Shown: positions 21,440 through 30,828, numbered from the stretch's first letter. The stretch: 64,000 bases of DNA from Bradymonadia bacterium (GCA_046290225.1 JBKAGE010000070.1:128001-192000), one strand, 5' to 3'. Numbers and translations are program-made. Notes: generated by a model from the letters alone, not told the origin.

Positions 21440-21916
21440 TCAAACGCTTGAGGCCTGGCTCACGGCAGTCTCGGCAGAATGCGTACCAGCGCGACGCCGG
21501 GCTCTGGCCCAGTCGACAAGCTTGAACGCGTACATCCCTCCAAGCATGGCGCCGAGGAACACCAGCAAACCCGAGGTCGCCGTAGAGGTCGAGGCGATGG
21601 CTGGCCCGGGGCAGTAGCCACCGAGGCCCCACCCAACGCCAAAGAGCGCAGCGCCACCGAGCAGGCGGCCATCGACGTCATTGCGGGTGGGCAGATGAAA
21701 ACGGCCCGCGAGCACAGGCTGGCCTCGCCGCCAGATCAATCTGAAGAGCACAAAGGTCACCATGACGGCCCCACCCATCACAAAGACGAGGCTGGGATCC
21801 CAGGTGCCGGTGAAATCGAGAAACCCGATGACTTTTGCGGGCTCGGTCATGCCCGAGAGGGCGAGTCCCACAGCGAAGACCACGCCAGCGACGAAGGCGA
21901 CGAGAGGCTGCTTCAC
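21440..21916 (-). CDS. YeeE/YedE-family sulfur transporter subunit
   Basis: GLALSGM, KVIGFLD, WDPSL and [17 protein letters not shown] start overlaps the upstream stop. Confidence 0.9.
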   Translation of the reverse strand: MKQPLVAFVAGVVFAVGLALSGMTEPAKVIGFLDFTGTWDPSLVFVMGGAVMVTFVLFRLIWRRGQPVLAGRFHLPTRNDVDGRLLGGAALFGVGWGLGGYCPGPAIASTSTATSGLLVFLGAMLGGMYAFKLVDWARARRRAGTHSAETAVSQASSV

Positions 21917-22344
21917 ACCACACCTCCCATCAGGTGATTGACGACGAAGACGGTGATGGCGCCCGTGGCCATGAAGGTCATGGTGGCCACGATCGATCGG
22001 GTGGAAAGCCGGCTGATGCCGCATACGCCGTGGCCGCTGGTGCAGCCACTGCCCAAGCGGGTGCCGAAGCCCACGAGCAAGCCTGCCCCGGCGAGAGCGA
22101 CGTAGGATCGATCGATCTCGACGACGAACCGCTCTGGCTGAAGCGCGAACATGAGCGCGCCACCCGCGAGAAGGCCCACGACGAACACGGCCCGCCAGGC
22201 AGTGTCGCCACGGGCGGGGCTCAGCACGCCGCCGACAATGCCGCTGATCCCGGTGATGCGGCCGTTGAAGAGCATGATCATGGCCGCTGACAATCCGATG
22301 AGGATGCCGCCGATGGTGGGCCATATGGGGTCGAATTCAGCCAT
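21913..22344 (-). CDS. YeeE/YedE-family sulfur transporter subunit
   Basis: [14 protein letters not shown] and [18 protein letters not shown] 22344 after AGGAG. Confidence 0.92.
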   Translation of the reverse strand: MAEFDPIWPTIGGILIGLSAAMIMLFNGRITGISGIVGGVLSPARGDTAWRAVFVVGLLAGGALMFALQPERFVVEIDRSYVALAGAGLLVGFGTRLGSGCTSGHGVCGISRLSTRSIVATMTFMATGAITVFVVNHLMGGVV

Positions 22345-22420
22345 GGCTCGTCTCCTGAGCACTCCACATGAGTCTGCGCCCTCTAAGGATGCCTCTGTGC
22401 CGCCCGAAGGCTCAAAGCAT

Positions 22421-22440
22421 CCTTTGATTATATTCAAAGG
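22421..22440. promoter_or_regulatory. Palindrome resembling an FNR/CRP-family box
   Basis: CCTTTGA-TTATAT-TCAAAGG; inner TTGAT-N4-TTCAA matches TTGAT-N4-ATCAA at 9/10. Confidence 0.4.
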
Positions 22441-22466
22441 GCCCTTTGAAGGACTTTCTGAGGATT

Positions 22467-22483
22467 GGCAACTGGCGTGCCAG
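22467..22483 (-). promoter_or_regulatory. Sigma54 promoter of the YeeE/YedE-dioxygenase operon
   Basis: Minus strand CTGGCACGCCAGTTGCC, near-perfect TGGCACG-N4-TTGC. Confidence 0.85.
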
Positions 22484-22536
22484 AAGGCAGAGCACCAGAA
22501 CACGAGGGGGTGCTCGAGGATCTACGAGGAACAGCC

Positions 22537-22557
22537 CGACAACGTTTCAACGTGTCG
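22537..22557. promoter_or_regulatory. Putative enhancer (CGACA-N11-TGTCG)
   Basis: CGACAACGTTTCAACGTGTCG, about 55-75 bp upstream of the -24 element. Confidence 0.55.
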
Positions 22558-22561
22558 CGCC

Positions 22562-23425
22562 TTACTGTGACGCCACCAACGTCAGATTCATCTGTCGCCA
22601 CGCGCGGTGTGCCGCCTGTCGCCAGGCAGAAGACTCGAAGTATCCGTGCAAGTGCTTGGAGAACGGGACGAGCTGCTCTCGGGGCGGCCACTCGATCACC
22701 TCACCGGTCTTCACATCTCGCACCCGCCCCTCTTCGAGGCCCCAGGCCACCTCGGCGAGCGGATGGTCTTCGAGCAGCCGCAGCAGGGCCATGAACCTGC
22801 CCTGCATATGTGGATCGATGAAGTGGGCGCGGCGACCATAGAAGGCTGCGTTGTGAAAATACTGAGGCACTTCGAGGAGGCCATCGAAGTTCAGCCGCTG
22901 CCCGGCGATGGACAACAACAAGAACACCTCTTCCCCGAGGCCACTGCCAGGATGAGTCTGCCCGGGCAGCTGGGGTCGCTGAGGGGTGAATTGTCCTCGA
23001 GGATCTTCGAGCTCGAGCCACTCGACGTACAACAGCTGGAACGATCGATGCCGCTGCAGCTCAGCGATGCATGGGTCTTCAGCACCGGCGACCTTGCGCA
23101 GCACGCAGTCACAGATGCTCTCACCATCGGCGAAGAACCTGAGCCGGTGGGCGAACTCCTCGAGGTTGAACTCCACCCTGAAGTCGGCGTAGCCCCTGCC
23201 CCGCAGCTCGTCGAGCAGCCCGTAGGCTTCATAGGCAGCGAGCACCCCGGACTCGCTGTAGAAGCCCAGCAGGCGGTTGTCACCGGCGCCGCTGAGCTGG
23301 CCATAGATGATGTCTTCGAGATCGTCGAAGTCGTCGCCCTCTCCGCTGAGCACGGAAGGGTCGAGGGATCGAGCGATGGTCTGGAACCGATCCTCGAGGG
23401 CCTTGAGCTTGCGTGCCCTGCTCAT
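22562..23425 (-). CDS. Hypothetical protein resembling the accessory domain fused to myxobacterial histone-deacetylase-family proteins
   Basis: Start at ATG 23425 coupled to the upstream stop; LYVEWLELEDPR, RPQLPGQTHPGSGLG and PQYFHNAAFY motifs. Family recalled from memory, not searched. Confidence 0.6.
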   Translation of the reverse strand: MSRARKLKALEDRFQTIARSLDPSVLSGEGDDFDDLEDIIYGQLSGAGDNRLLGFYSESGVLAAYEAYGLLDELRGRGYADFRVEFNLEEFAHRLRFFADGESICDCVLRKVAGAEDPCIAELQRHRSFQLLYVEWLELEDPRGQFTPQRPQLPGQTHPGSGLGEEVFLLLSIAGQRLNFDGLLEVPQYFHNAAFYGRRAHFIDPHMQGRFMALLRLLEDHPLAEVAWGLEEGRVRDVKTGEVIEWPPREQLVPFSKHLHGYFESSAWRQAAHRAWRQMNLTLVASQ

Positions 23426-24840
23426 CACTCGTTGAGCACGCAGACGTTGGCCATGCCGCCGTTCCCATCGGGAATGGCGTTGCAACTGTAATCTTCGGGA
23501 CAGCCCTGGGCGTTGGCGCAGAAGGCGGTGCACGCGGACAAGTTGGGGCGCTCGTCGTTGTAGAGACACGCGCCGGTGAGGCACTGATCGGCCCCCTGCT
23601 GGCCGCCGACGTTGCACTTGTAGCCGGCGAGGGGTACGCAGGCGCCGCCATTGCCGTCGTTGAAGTCGTTGCAGGCAAAGCCCCGGGGGCACTGGGCGCT
23701 GGTCTGGCAGGTGCACGAGCAGAAGCCATTGCCACCAGGCTGCTGCACGTAGGCGACGCAGCCACCATTGCCGCCACCGGGGCAGACACCGGCGCAGGCG
23801 GCGTTGTTGCCTTGCGGGCAGACCCGAACGTCGACGTTGGGGGCGCAGAGGTTCTGCATGCCGTTGTCGGTGTTCACTGGCAGACATCGATAGCCCTGCG
23901 GGCACTTGAAGTCGTTCTCGCACGGGGCCGAGCACACCGGCGGTGGCGTGAACCAGCTGAGCTCGGTGCTGCCGGGTACCTGCAAACAGAACCCGGAGAC
24001 GCACACATCGCCGGGGCCACCACATGGCAATCCGGTGTCGTTCGGGAAGCACACATTGACGATGCCGCCCTCGGGGCTCTGAGCGCCCAGGCACAGATCG
24101 GTCCCGGGACAGCTGTTGGCGTTGGCACACCCGATGGTGCACTGACGCTGGCCAGTACGCTTGTTCTCGACGCAGAAGCCGCTCTCGCACTGGGCGGCCC
24201 CGTCGCAGCGATCGCCATACTGGCCGTCGCCCATCATCATGCCGCCCATGGGCTCACCGCCCATGCCGCCCTGAGGCACACCGCCCATACCACCGGCACC
24301 GCCATCGCCACCCTGGGGCACACCGCCCATGCCGCCATCACCGCCCATGCCCCCTTGGGGCACGCCGCCGGCGCCGCCCTGGCCGCCCTCGCCGCCAGTG
24401 CACAGGTTGTCGACACAGCGCTCACCGTCTTCGCAGTCGCGGTCGATGCGGCACTCGAGGGCACACTCATTGTCGATGCACAGCAGGGGGAGCGGGCACT
24501 CGGCGTTGCGACGACAGGCCATGCCCACGCCACCACCGGCGCCGCCAGCGCCGCTCATGCCTCCAGCACCCCCCTGACCGCCTACAGGTGTCGAAGCGTC
24601 TCGGCCGATGGGATCGGACTGGCAACGGCTCTCGATGCAGCGACTGCCCCGGGTGCAGTCGTCATCGATGCGGCACTCAAGGGCACAGGCGCCGTCGACG
24701 CACACCTCGGGCAGCGGACAGTCCTGGTTGCGGACACACCCGCCACCGCTCGCGCTGTCGTCGCACCCCATCACAGGCAGCAACACTACGCTCAAAGCCA
24801 CGGCCCACAGGGCGACCTTCCAGTTGGGGGCGTCGTTCAA
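23425..24840 (-). CDS. Cys-rich, Gly-linker surface lipoprotein
   Basis: Lipobox VMGC; repeated CxxxxDC/CxxGxxC modules; GGMGG linkers. Confidence 0.85.
   Translation of the reverse strand: MNDAPNWKVALWAVALSVVLLPVMGCDDSASGGGCVRNQDCPLPEVCVDGACALECRIDDDCTRGSRCIESRCQSDPIGRDASTPVGGQGGAGGMSGAGGAGGGVGMACRRNAECPLPLLCIDNECALECRIDRDCEDGERCVDNLCTGGEGGQGGAGGVPQGGMGGDGGMGGVPQGGDGGAGGMGGVPQGGMGGEPMGGMMMGDGQYGDRCDGAAQCESGFCVENKRTGQRQCTIGCANANSCPGTDLCLGAQSPEGGIVNVCFPNDTGLPCGGPGDVCVSGFCLQVPGSTELSWFTPPPVCSAPCENDFKCPQGYRCLPVNTDNGMQNLCAPNVDVRVCPQGNNAACAGVCPGGGNGGCVAYVQQPGGNGFCSCTCQTSAQCPRGFACNDFNDGNGGACVPLAGYKCNVGGQQGADQCLTGACLYNDERPNLSACTAFCANAQGCPEDYSCNAIPDGNGGMANVCVLNE
24241..24395 (-). repeat. Imperfect tandem repeat encoding GG(M/A)GGVPQGG units
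   Basis: Translation ...GGAGGVPQGGMGGDGGMGGVPQGGDGGAGGMGGVPQGGMGG...; boundaries approximate. Confidence 0.7.
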
Positions 24841-24897
24841 GGCTGATCCTCTTCGATGAAATGCGAGCGCTACTCTAGCAGTGATCTCCCGAGCGGT

Positions 24898-25842
24898 TCA
24901 CCATCGGCGACCGAGAGGGCGGATCCCCGCGAGATCTGCGGGCCACGGGCTGTGGAACTCCAGGGTCTCTCCGGTCATGGGGTGCCGCAAGGACATATGA
25001 GCGGCGTGCAGGGCCACCCGAGGGGCACCGTCGATGCGACCATAGACCCGCTCGCCGAGGATGGGGTGGCCGATCTCGGAAAGGTGAATTCGGATCTGAT
25101 GGGTCCTGCCCGTGGCGAGCCTCACCTCGAGGGCGGCCCGCTTCTGTTGCATGTCGGTGGCGTCGGTCTGGTACCGGGTGATGCCCAGCTTGCCCGATCC
25201 GGGCATGGGCCCCGGATCCGGGTCGTCGATGTGACGCACCCTCAACGAGTTGGGCCGGGATCCCTTCCGGCCGGTGCCCGTGTCGCCGATGAGCATGCTG
25301 GTGATGAGGGCGCTCTTGCGCTCGGGGATCCCCCGCACGACGCATCGATAGGTCCGGGTGATCTCGTGGGCGTCGAACATGGCCCGAAGCCGCCGGGCGG
25401 GCTCGGTGCCTCGGGCGAAGAGCAACAACCCCGAGGTGGTCTTGTCGAGCCGATGCACCACCTTGGGCCCCTGGCCCCGACCACCATGCTTACGGCACAA
25501 GGTGCCTGCGGCGTGCAGCGCGGTCTTCTCGTCGCTGTTGGGAATGGGCGCCGACAGCAGCCCTGCGGGCTTGTCGATGATGATCAAGTGGGGATCCCGA
25601 TGCACGAGGGTGACACCGAGAGGCTCGGTCCGGGAAGGGTTGGGGGCGTTCCACTCGACGCTGATCGAGTCACCAGGGGCCACGGGGTGGCTGCCGTCGA
25701 GCACCCGCTTGCCCTTGAGCCGGACCTTGCCGGTGCGCACGCACTCCCTGGCCTTGTTGTTGGAGATCTCGGCGCCGATCTTCACCTCGGCGTCGAGGCG
25801 CCCCCCTCGGCCTTCGGGGACCTGCCACTGTGTAATGTCCAT
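24898..25842 (-). CDS. RluA-family pseudouridine synthase with S4 domain
   Basis: GRLD (S4), DKPAGL, HRLDKTTSG, TGRTHQIR, GHPILGE and LHA; ATG 25842 after AGGAG. Confidence 0.92.
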   Translation of the reverse strand: MDITQWQVPEGRGGRLDAEVKIGAEISNNKARECVRTGKVRLKGKRVLDGSHPVAPGDSISVEWNAPNPSRTEPLGVTLVHRDPHLIIIDKPAGLLSAPIPNSDEKTALHAAGTLCRKHGGRGQGPKVVHRLDKTTSGLLLFARGTEPARRLRAMFDAHEITRTYRCVVRGIPERKSALITSMLIGDTGTGRKGSRPNSLRVRHIDDPDPGPMPGSGKLGITRYQTDATDMQQKRAALEVRLATGRTHQIRIHLSEIGHPILGERVYGRIDGAPRVALHAAHMSLRHPMTGETLEFHSPWPADLAGIRPLGRRW

Positions 25843-26016
25843 GTGATCTCCTGATCTCCACCGTTCGGTGAGGATTTTCCTGTGACTTTCGCCCTGCTGA
25901 CTTGTCTGAGCGCAGGGTGTTTGTTTCATCGGGCGAGGCTGCTATGTAGCAACCGCTGCCCTCTGACAGCGCGCTGAAGCACTGGGGCTTCGGCGGTTTA
26001 TATACGGAGAATCGAG

Positions 26017-26286
26017 ATGTCCAGCTACTACAAGACCATCGACGGTGTGAAGTACGACAAGAGCCTGCTCGAGGCCGCTGACGAAGCGGTGGCCGGCCGC
26101 GGCGACGGCCGCATCTCCCTGGCCGACGCCGAGAAGCTCCTCGCCGAGGTGAAGGACGGCAACAGCTACACCGACATCGAGAAGGTGACGGTGAAGTACA
26201 TCCGCGAGAACTACAAGTGGACCGACGAGGCCGACAAGTGGTTCCGCACCGAAATCAACAAGTGGAACCTGCAGGGGCACTCTTGA
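26017..26286 (+). CDS. Small protein of unknown function (89 aa, GDGRIS motif)
   Basis: GGAG SD; very strong codon bias; YYKTIDGVKYD...GRGDGRISLADA. Confidence 0.85.
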   Translation: MSSYYKTIDGVKYDKSLLEAADEAVAGRGDGRISLADAEKLLAEVKDGNSYTDIEKVTVKYIRENYKWTDEADKWFRTEINKWNLQGHS

Positions 26287-26301
26287 GGCTCCGAGGCTCC
26301 A

Positions 26302-26453
26302 GCTCCGTTCGCGGTCGACTGCGGCGCGATGCGCAGCGTCTGGCCGGCGCTTCCCTCCTCGACGATGCTTCCAGCATCGCCTGCGGGTGAATCACCACCC
26401 AGCCACTACACCTCACAAAGGCATGTGCCGACGCAGTCGACCGCGACCGGGGC
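26302..26453 (+). ncRNA. Candidate structured RNA: long closing stem with three internal hairpins
   Basis: Perfect 15-bp inverted repeat 26309-26323/26432-26446 with extensions; internal hairpins 26335-26351, 26363-26379 and 26385-26400. Confidence 0.45.
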
Positions 26454-26595
26454 CTCCGCCTCTCCGCGGGGCTCGCCTGATGTGGGTTTGGGTGGTGTTT
26501 TCGACGAGAGATTTCTGGACACTTTTGTGACCACTGGCGGGTCCGCTGGTCATGGCACGCCTCGTATTTTCAACACATTAGAGACTTCTGGTGTA

Positions 26596-26611
26596 TGGCA
26601 CGACCTGTGCT
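26596..26611 (+). promoter_or_regulatory. Sigma54 promoter
   Basis: TGGCACGACCTGTGCT (GG-N10-GC), 50 bp before ATG 26661. Confidence 0.75.
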
Positions 26612-26660
26612 CTTCTCCTCTTCGTCACAACCAGAGCGGTTGGTCAGGGGAGGTCAGGTC

Positions 26661-28319
26661 ATGTTGAAGCTGGGTCAGATGGTCGTTCTGGGGGGCGCTG
26701 TGGCCCTCGTGGGGTGCGGTGAAGAGGCCAGCGAGTCGATGGTGAATGGTGAGGTTGAGGCCTCGGCCCCTGCCACCATCAAGGGAGAGCCCGGCAAAGC
26801 CGACAGCAGCGCCGAAGCCGTATTCCTCGATTTCGAGTTCGAAGGGCGCGTGATCCTCGACAACCAGTGGGGTCTACAGGCGCAGATCGAGAATCAGATG
26901 CTCTACACCATCGGGCACCTCAACGGGGATCGCTCGGTGGGGCGGCTCGATCGACTCGAACTGAGCAACGTCAGGGCCGAGCGCAAGGATGATCACTATG
27001 AAGTGACCTACACCGCTCAGCTCCCCGTGGCCTGGGGCAAGAAGAACAGCATCCCCGAAACGTATGAGCTCGTACTGCCCGTCGACGGTACCAGCGCCGG
27101 GTACAACGACTTCACCGAAGCCTACATGGGCAGCTGCGTCGACTGGGGGGCCCACGACGTCGACGCTGGGAGCATGTGGTACTACTACCGCCCCAACCGC
27201 AACGGCTGCCGCCTCGACGAGGCCGACGTCTTCAAGACCACGGCCACCATCAGCCCCAACGCCAACCAGACCACTGGCAAGTTCCCCGAGTACGACCGCA
27301 TCTGGGCCGACGACGCGATGAACGTGGTGGCGGTCTTCGGCAAATACAAAGATGACGCCACCCGCGACAGCGACGCAGGCATCAGCGCCTACAACCGCTT
27401 CGTGAGCACAGTGGGCTCCACGTTCACCGGCGACGTGGAGATCACCCCCGCCGAGCTCGCAGAATCAGGGCTGAGCAACCCTGGGGTGGTGCACCCCTAC
27501 GTCACCTTCAACATCAAGCTCGAAGATGGGCGGGCGGTGAACATCCACGCCCTGCTCGTGGACAACGTGCGCACTGCCGGCCCCGAATTCACCGAGCGCT
27601 ACGAGCGCCTGACAGGTGACGCAGATCTGATCTTCTACAACGGCCACGCGGGCCTCGGCGCCAACATCCGCGCCCTCGCGCAGAAGGGCAAGTGGACGCC
27701 GGGTCAGTATTCCGTGGTGTTCATGAACGGCTGTGACACGTACGCCTACGTCGACTCAGCGCTCTGGGACGCCCGGGCCGAGGTGAACCCCGATGATCCC
27801 GAGGGCACACAGCACCTCGACATCATCAGCAACGCCCTGCCCTCGTTCTTCTCCTCGATGAGCAGGACCTCCATGGTCTTGATCAATGCCCTCACCGACA
27901 TCGAGAATCCCAAGACCTACGAAGAGATCTTCGCCGGCATCGATCGCAGCCAGGTGGTGCTGGTGAGCGGCGAGGAAGACAACACCTTCGTGCCCGGTGG
28001 CGCGGTGCCCACCGATGCCGACATGGCCTGGGACGGCTTCACCGCCGACGGCGCGCTGACGCAAGGCGAGGCGGCGCGCTACGAGACCCCAGTGCTCCCC
28101 GAGGGCAAGTACACCTTCGAGCTCATCGGCACCGGCGATGCTGACCTGTACGTACGCATCGGCGAGGCCCCCACGACGAGCACCTTCGACTGCCGCCCCT
28201 ACCGCAGCAACAGCGAAGAAACCTGTACGGTGAGCCTGCCTGCGGCCGCATCAGTGCACGTGATGGTGCGCGGATACCGTGCGTCGAACTTCCACCTCAC
28301 GGCCTACCGCGTGGAGTAA
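26661..28319 (+). CDS. Lipoprotein with putative His-Cys peptidase domain and C-terminal PPC domain
   Basis: GGAGG SD; lipobox LVGC; GKAD motif; FYNGHAG and FMNGCDT; GTGDADLYVR...FDCRPY PPC signature. Confidence 0.85.
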   Translation: MLKLGQMVVLGGAVALVGCGEEASESMVNGEVEASAPATIKGEPGKADSSAEAVFLDFEFEGRVILDNQWGLQAQIENQMLYTIGHLNGDRSVGRLDRLELSNVRAERKDDHYEVTYTAQLPVAWGKKNSIPETYELVLPVDGTSAGYNDFTEAYMGSCVDWGAHDVDAGSMWYYYRPNRNGCRLDEADVFKTTATISPNANQTTGKFPEYDRIWADDAMNVVAVFGKYKDDATRDSDAGISAYNRFVSTVGSTFTGDVEITPAELAESGLSNPGVVHPYVTFNIKLEDGRAVNIHALLVDNVRTAGPEFTERYERLTGDADLIFYNGHAGLGANIRALAQKGKWTPGQYSVVFMNGCDTYAYVDSALWDARAEVNPDDPEGTQHLDIISNALPSFFSSMSRTSMVLINALTDIENPKTYEEIFAGIDRSQVVLVSGEEDNTFVPGGAVPTDADMAWDGFTADGALTQGEAARYETPVLPEGKYTFELIGTGDADLYVRIGEAPTTSTFDCRPYRSNSEETCTVSLPAAASVHVMVRGYRASNFHLTAYRVE

Positions 28320-28339
28320 GAGGCCCTGGCAGGAGCGCC

Positions 28340-28861
28340 TCAACGAAGCGCTCGGGAGAACCCGGAGAAGCCCGCGCCATAGACCAGCACCAGCACCAGA
28401 CCCACCTTGATCATCTCGTCGGGGCTGCGCTCGATGACCAGAGCCATGGCGGTCATCACCCAGCCCACCGCCAGGGCCAGACCACACAGGATCATGCTGA
28501 AGCCGCTCATGGCCCGGCGCGCTCGCGGGAACTCTCGGGTGTTGGTGTTGCTGGCCATATAGAGCATGACCCCCACGATGCCCCCACCGCCGATGAGCAA
28601 CCCTGCAGACACCCGCAAGAACTCCTCGGTGTGTCGCTCCATGAGTCCAAACAGCGCGACGGCGACGGCGATCAGGCAAATGTGAAGACCGAGGGCCCCA
28701 AAGTAGTACAGCACCACTTTGAGGCCCAGCTGTGTGTCTTCGGGCTCTCCGGGTTTGCCCTGGCGCCAGCGTAGGACGAGATAGACCAGGGGCAGAATGG
28801 GCAGCAGGCAATAGAACAGCCACGAAAAGGCCATCATCGACCCATACTCGAAGAACATCAT
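28340..28861 (-). CDS. Integral membrane protein (about 5 TM helices)
   Basis: GGAGG SD before ATG 28861; successive hydrophobic segments. Confidence 0.75.
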   Translation of the reverse strand: MMFFEYGSMMAFSWLFYCLLPILPLVYLVLRWRQGKPGEPEDTQLGLKVVLYYFGALGLHICLIAVAVALFGLMERHTEEFLRVSAGLLIGGGGIVGVMLYMASNTNTREFPRARRAMSGFSMILCGLALAVGWVMTAMALVIERSPDEMIKVGLVLVLVYGAGFSGFSRALR

Positions 28862-28959
28862 CGCGCCTCCATCCACAGATACCTCCGAAATCAGCTCAGC
28901 TCTCGCCGCTCGATGTGCCGTTCTTGCATTCACCTCCATCACATCGGGACAGTGGTGAG

Positions 28960-29772
28960 ATGCAGCCGACCGCCCCCACAGCAACGTGCGCCGAAGCCGA
29001 CGGGTCTGATCTGGCAGCAGTTTTTCGGGCGCAAGGCTTCGTCATCGTACGCGACGTCTTCACCGCAGGCGAGGTGGCCGTGATGTCGGCGGCCTTCGAT
29101 GATCTGGTGCACACCGCCCGTAGCCTGCCAGCCGACGGCCTCACCAAGGCCATGCACCAGGGCAGTCAGTTCGTGGTCGAGCATGATCCTGCGCTCACAG
29201 GTGGCACGCGCATTCATCGGGTGGTCTGGTGTGGTGCCGCGGCTCCACCCTTGCTCGCACTCGGTGGAGACGCTCGCCTCGTAGATCTCGCCTGTGACTT
29301 GATGGGGGTCGACGCTGTGGATCAGCTCATCAATCAGGCCCACTTCAAACAGCCTGGAGATCGCATCACCTTCCCGTGGCACCAGGACTCAGTGCACCGA
29401 CGCTACGGTACACCGCTGTGGACCGACGTCACCGGTGAAGGCAGCTTTGTGGAGATCGCCACCGCAGTCGATCTGATGGCCCACGACAACGGGCCCCTTC
29501 AAATCGTGCCCCGCTCCCATGTGCAGGGCCACCGCGCCCAGGCGCCGGGTGTAAAACACGTCACCTTGACCCCAGAAGAAGAGGCCCGGGCAGTCTCGGT
29601 GCATCTGCGCCCTGGTGATGTCGTGGCCTTCGGGCCCTATGTGGTGCACGGCAGCGGCACCAACCACAGCCCTCGATGGCGACGGTTGTTTCTCAATGGC
29701 TTCGCCGCTCCTGGCGCCAACAGACGCGACTACCCAGGGGATGGCTCGGGGCGGCGATTGCTCAGAACGTGA
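28960..29772 (+). CDS. Phytanoyl-CoA dioxygenase (PhyH) family Fe(II)/2OG oxygenase
   Basis: GFVIVRDVF, PWHQD, NGPLQIVPRSH, PGDVVAF and VHGSG-N. Confidence 0.88.
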   Translation: MQPTAPTATCAEADGSDLAAVFRAQGFVIVRDVFTAGEVAVMSAAFDDLVHTARSLPADGLTKAMHQGSQFVVEHDPALTGGTRIHRVVWCGAAAPPLLALGGDARLVDLACDLMGVDAVDQLINQAHFKQPGDRITFPWHQDSVHRRYGTPLWTDVTGEGSFVEIATAVDLMAHDNGPLQIVPRSHVQGHRAQAPGVKHVTLTPEEEARAVSVHLRPGDVVAFGPYVVHGSGTNHSPRWRRLFLNGFAAPGANRRDYPGDGSGRRLLRT

Positions 29773-30172
29773 ACAGCACCTGAGCCCACTGCTCATCCTC
29801 AGTGCGTCCCTTGAGCAGCCCCTGCCCAGGGGGCGGATCGAGATCGCAGATGATCGAGTCCCACTGATCTCTGAAGATCGTCTCTGAGGCCTCGTGAGGC
29901 ACCTGATCCCGAAGCTCTTCGGGGATCCAGGCCCAATGCAAAATGCGCGGCCGGTTGCCTGAGGCGGTCAGGGTGAACCAGAACACCTTCTGATCCGGGC
30001 AGTAACGCAATGGCGCGGTGTACTTCGCCATGGCTTTCGCCGAGGTCTCGCTCTTGGCACGGCCCTTGAGCAACGAGAAAACGTGAGCGCCTGCCGCTGA
30101 CTTGGTCGGCGCCAGGAACACAAATCGCTTTGAATAGTGCACGGCCATGAAGGGCACAGGGGTACGGGCCAT
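29762..30172 (-). CDS. Hypothetical protein
   Basis: 136-aa ORF filling the gap between the flanking genes; GGGAG upstream; no motif recognised. Confidence 0.55.
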   Translation of the reverse strand: MARTPVPFMAVHYSKRFVFLAPTKSAAGAHVFSLLKGRAKSETSAKAMAKYTAPLRYCPDQKVFWFTLTASGNRPRILHWAWIPEELRDQVPHEASETIFRDQWDSIICDLDPPPGQGLLKGRTEDEQWAQVLFTF

Positions 30173-30270
30173 GGGGCGCTCCCGGTGAGTTGCGTGTTGG
30201 CCCTCGGTGGGGCATAAGTGCCGTGACCATACTGCCGACCCCCCTGGCAGTCACCCATAGGAGACACGAT

Positions 30271-30828
30271 ATGTTCGGTCGCAAGAAGCTCTTCGATCCC
30301 CCTGCCATCAACGTGCCCGGCGAAGGCGAGCTGCGGGTGGAGATCAAGACCAACCGGGGCACCCTTGTGGGCCGTCTCTTCGAGAAAGAGGCCCCCAAGA
30401 CCGTGGCCAACTTCGTGGGCCTCGCCATGGGGCAGATCGAGAACACCGCGAAGCCTGCCGGCACGCCCTACTACGACGGCATCATCTTCCACCGCGTGAT
30501 CGCCAACTTCATGGTGCAGGCCGGCTGCCCCGACGGCCGCGGCACCGGCGGCCCCGGCTACGAGATCGCCGACGAGTTCAGCCCCAACCTGCGCCACGAT
30601 CGCCCGGGCATCTTCAGCATGGCCAACCGCGGCCCCAACACCGGCGGCAGCCAGTTCTTCATCACTGAGGTGCCCACCCCACACCTCGACGGTCGTCACG
30701 CGGTCTTCGGTGAGCTGATCGAAGGTCTGGAGCTGCTCCAGGCCATCGCCCGCGAGCCCCAGAACCCCCGCAACAACCGCCCCAACACCGACGTGGTGAT
30801 GGAGCAGGTGCGCATCTACCGCGCCTGA
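30271..30828 (+). CDS. Cyclophilin-type peptidyl-prolyl cis-trans isomerase
   Basis: [35 protein letters not shown] and HAVFG; AGGAG SD. Confidence 0.96.
   Translation: MFGRKKLFDPPAINVPGEGELRVEIKTNRGTLVGRLFEKEAPKTVANFVGLAMGQIENTAKPAGTPYYDGIIFHRVIANFMVQAGCPDGRGTGGPGYEIADEFSPNLRHDRPGIFSMANRGPNTGGSQFFITEVPTPHLDGRHAVFGELIEGLELLQAIAREPQNPRNNRPNTDVVMEQVRIYRA

Noticed and set aside
22562..24190. 542-aa ORF as listed in the track
   Set aside because: Its first 255 codons overlap the Cys-rich lipoprotein gene in another frame; the real start is ATG 23425.
26284..26667. Stop-codon readthrough or selenocysteine at TGA 26284 into the in-frame ORF 26329-26667
   Set aside because: The downstream frame loses the codon bias, looks non-coding and runs over a sigma54 promoter; no Cys-aligned context.
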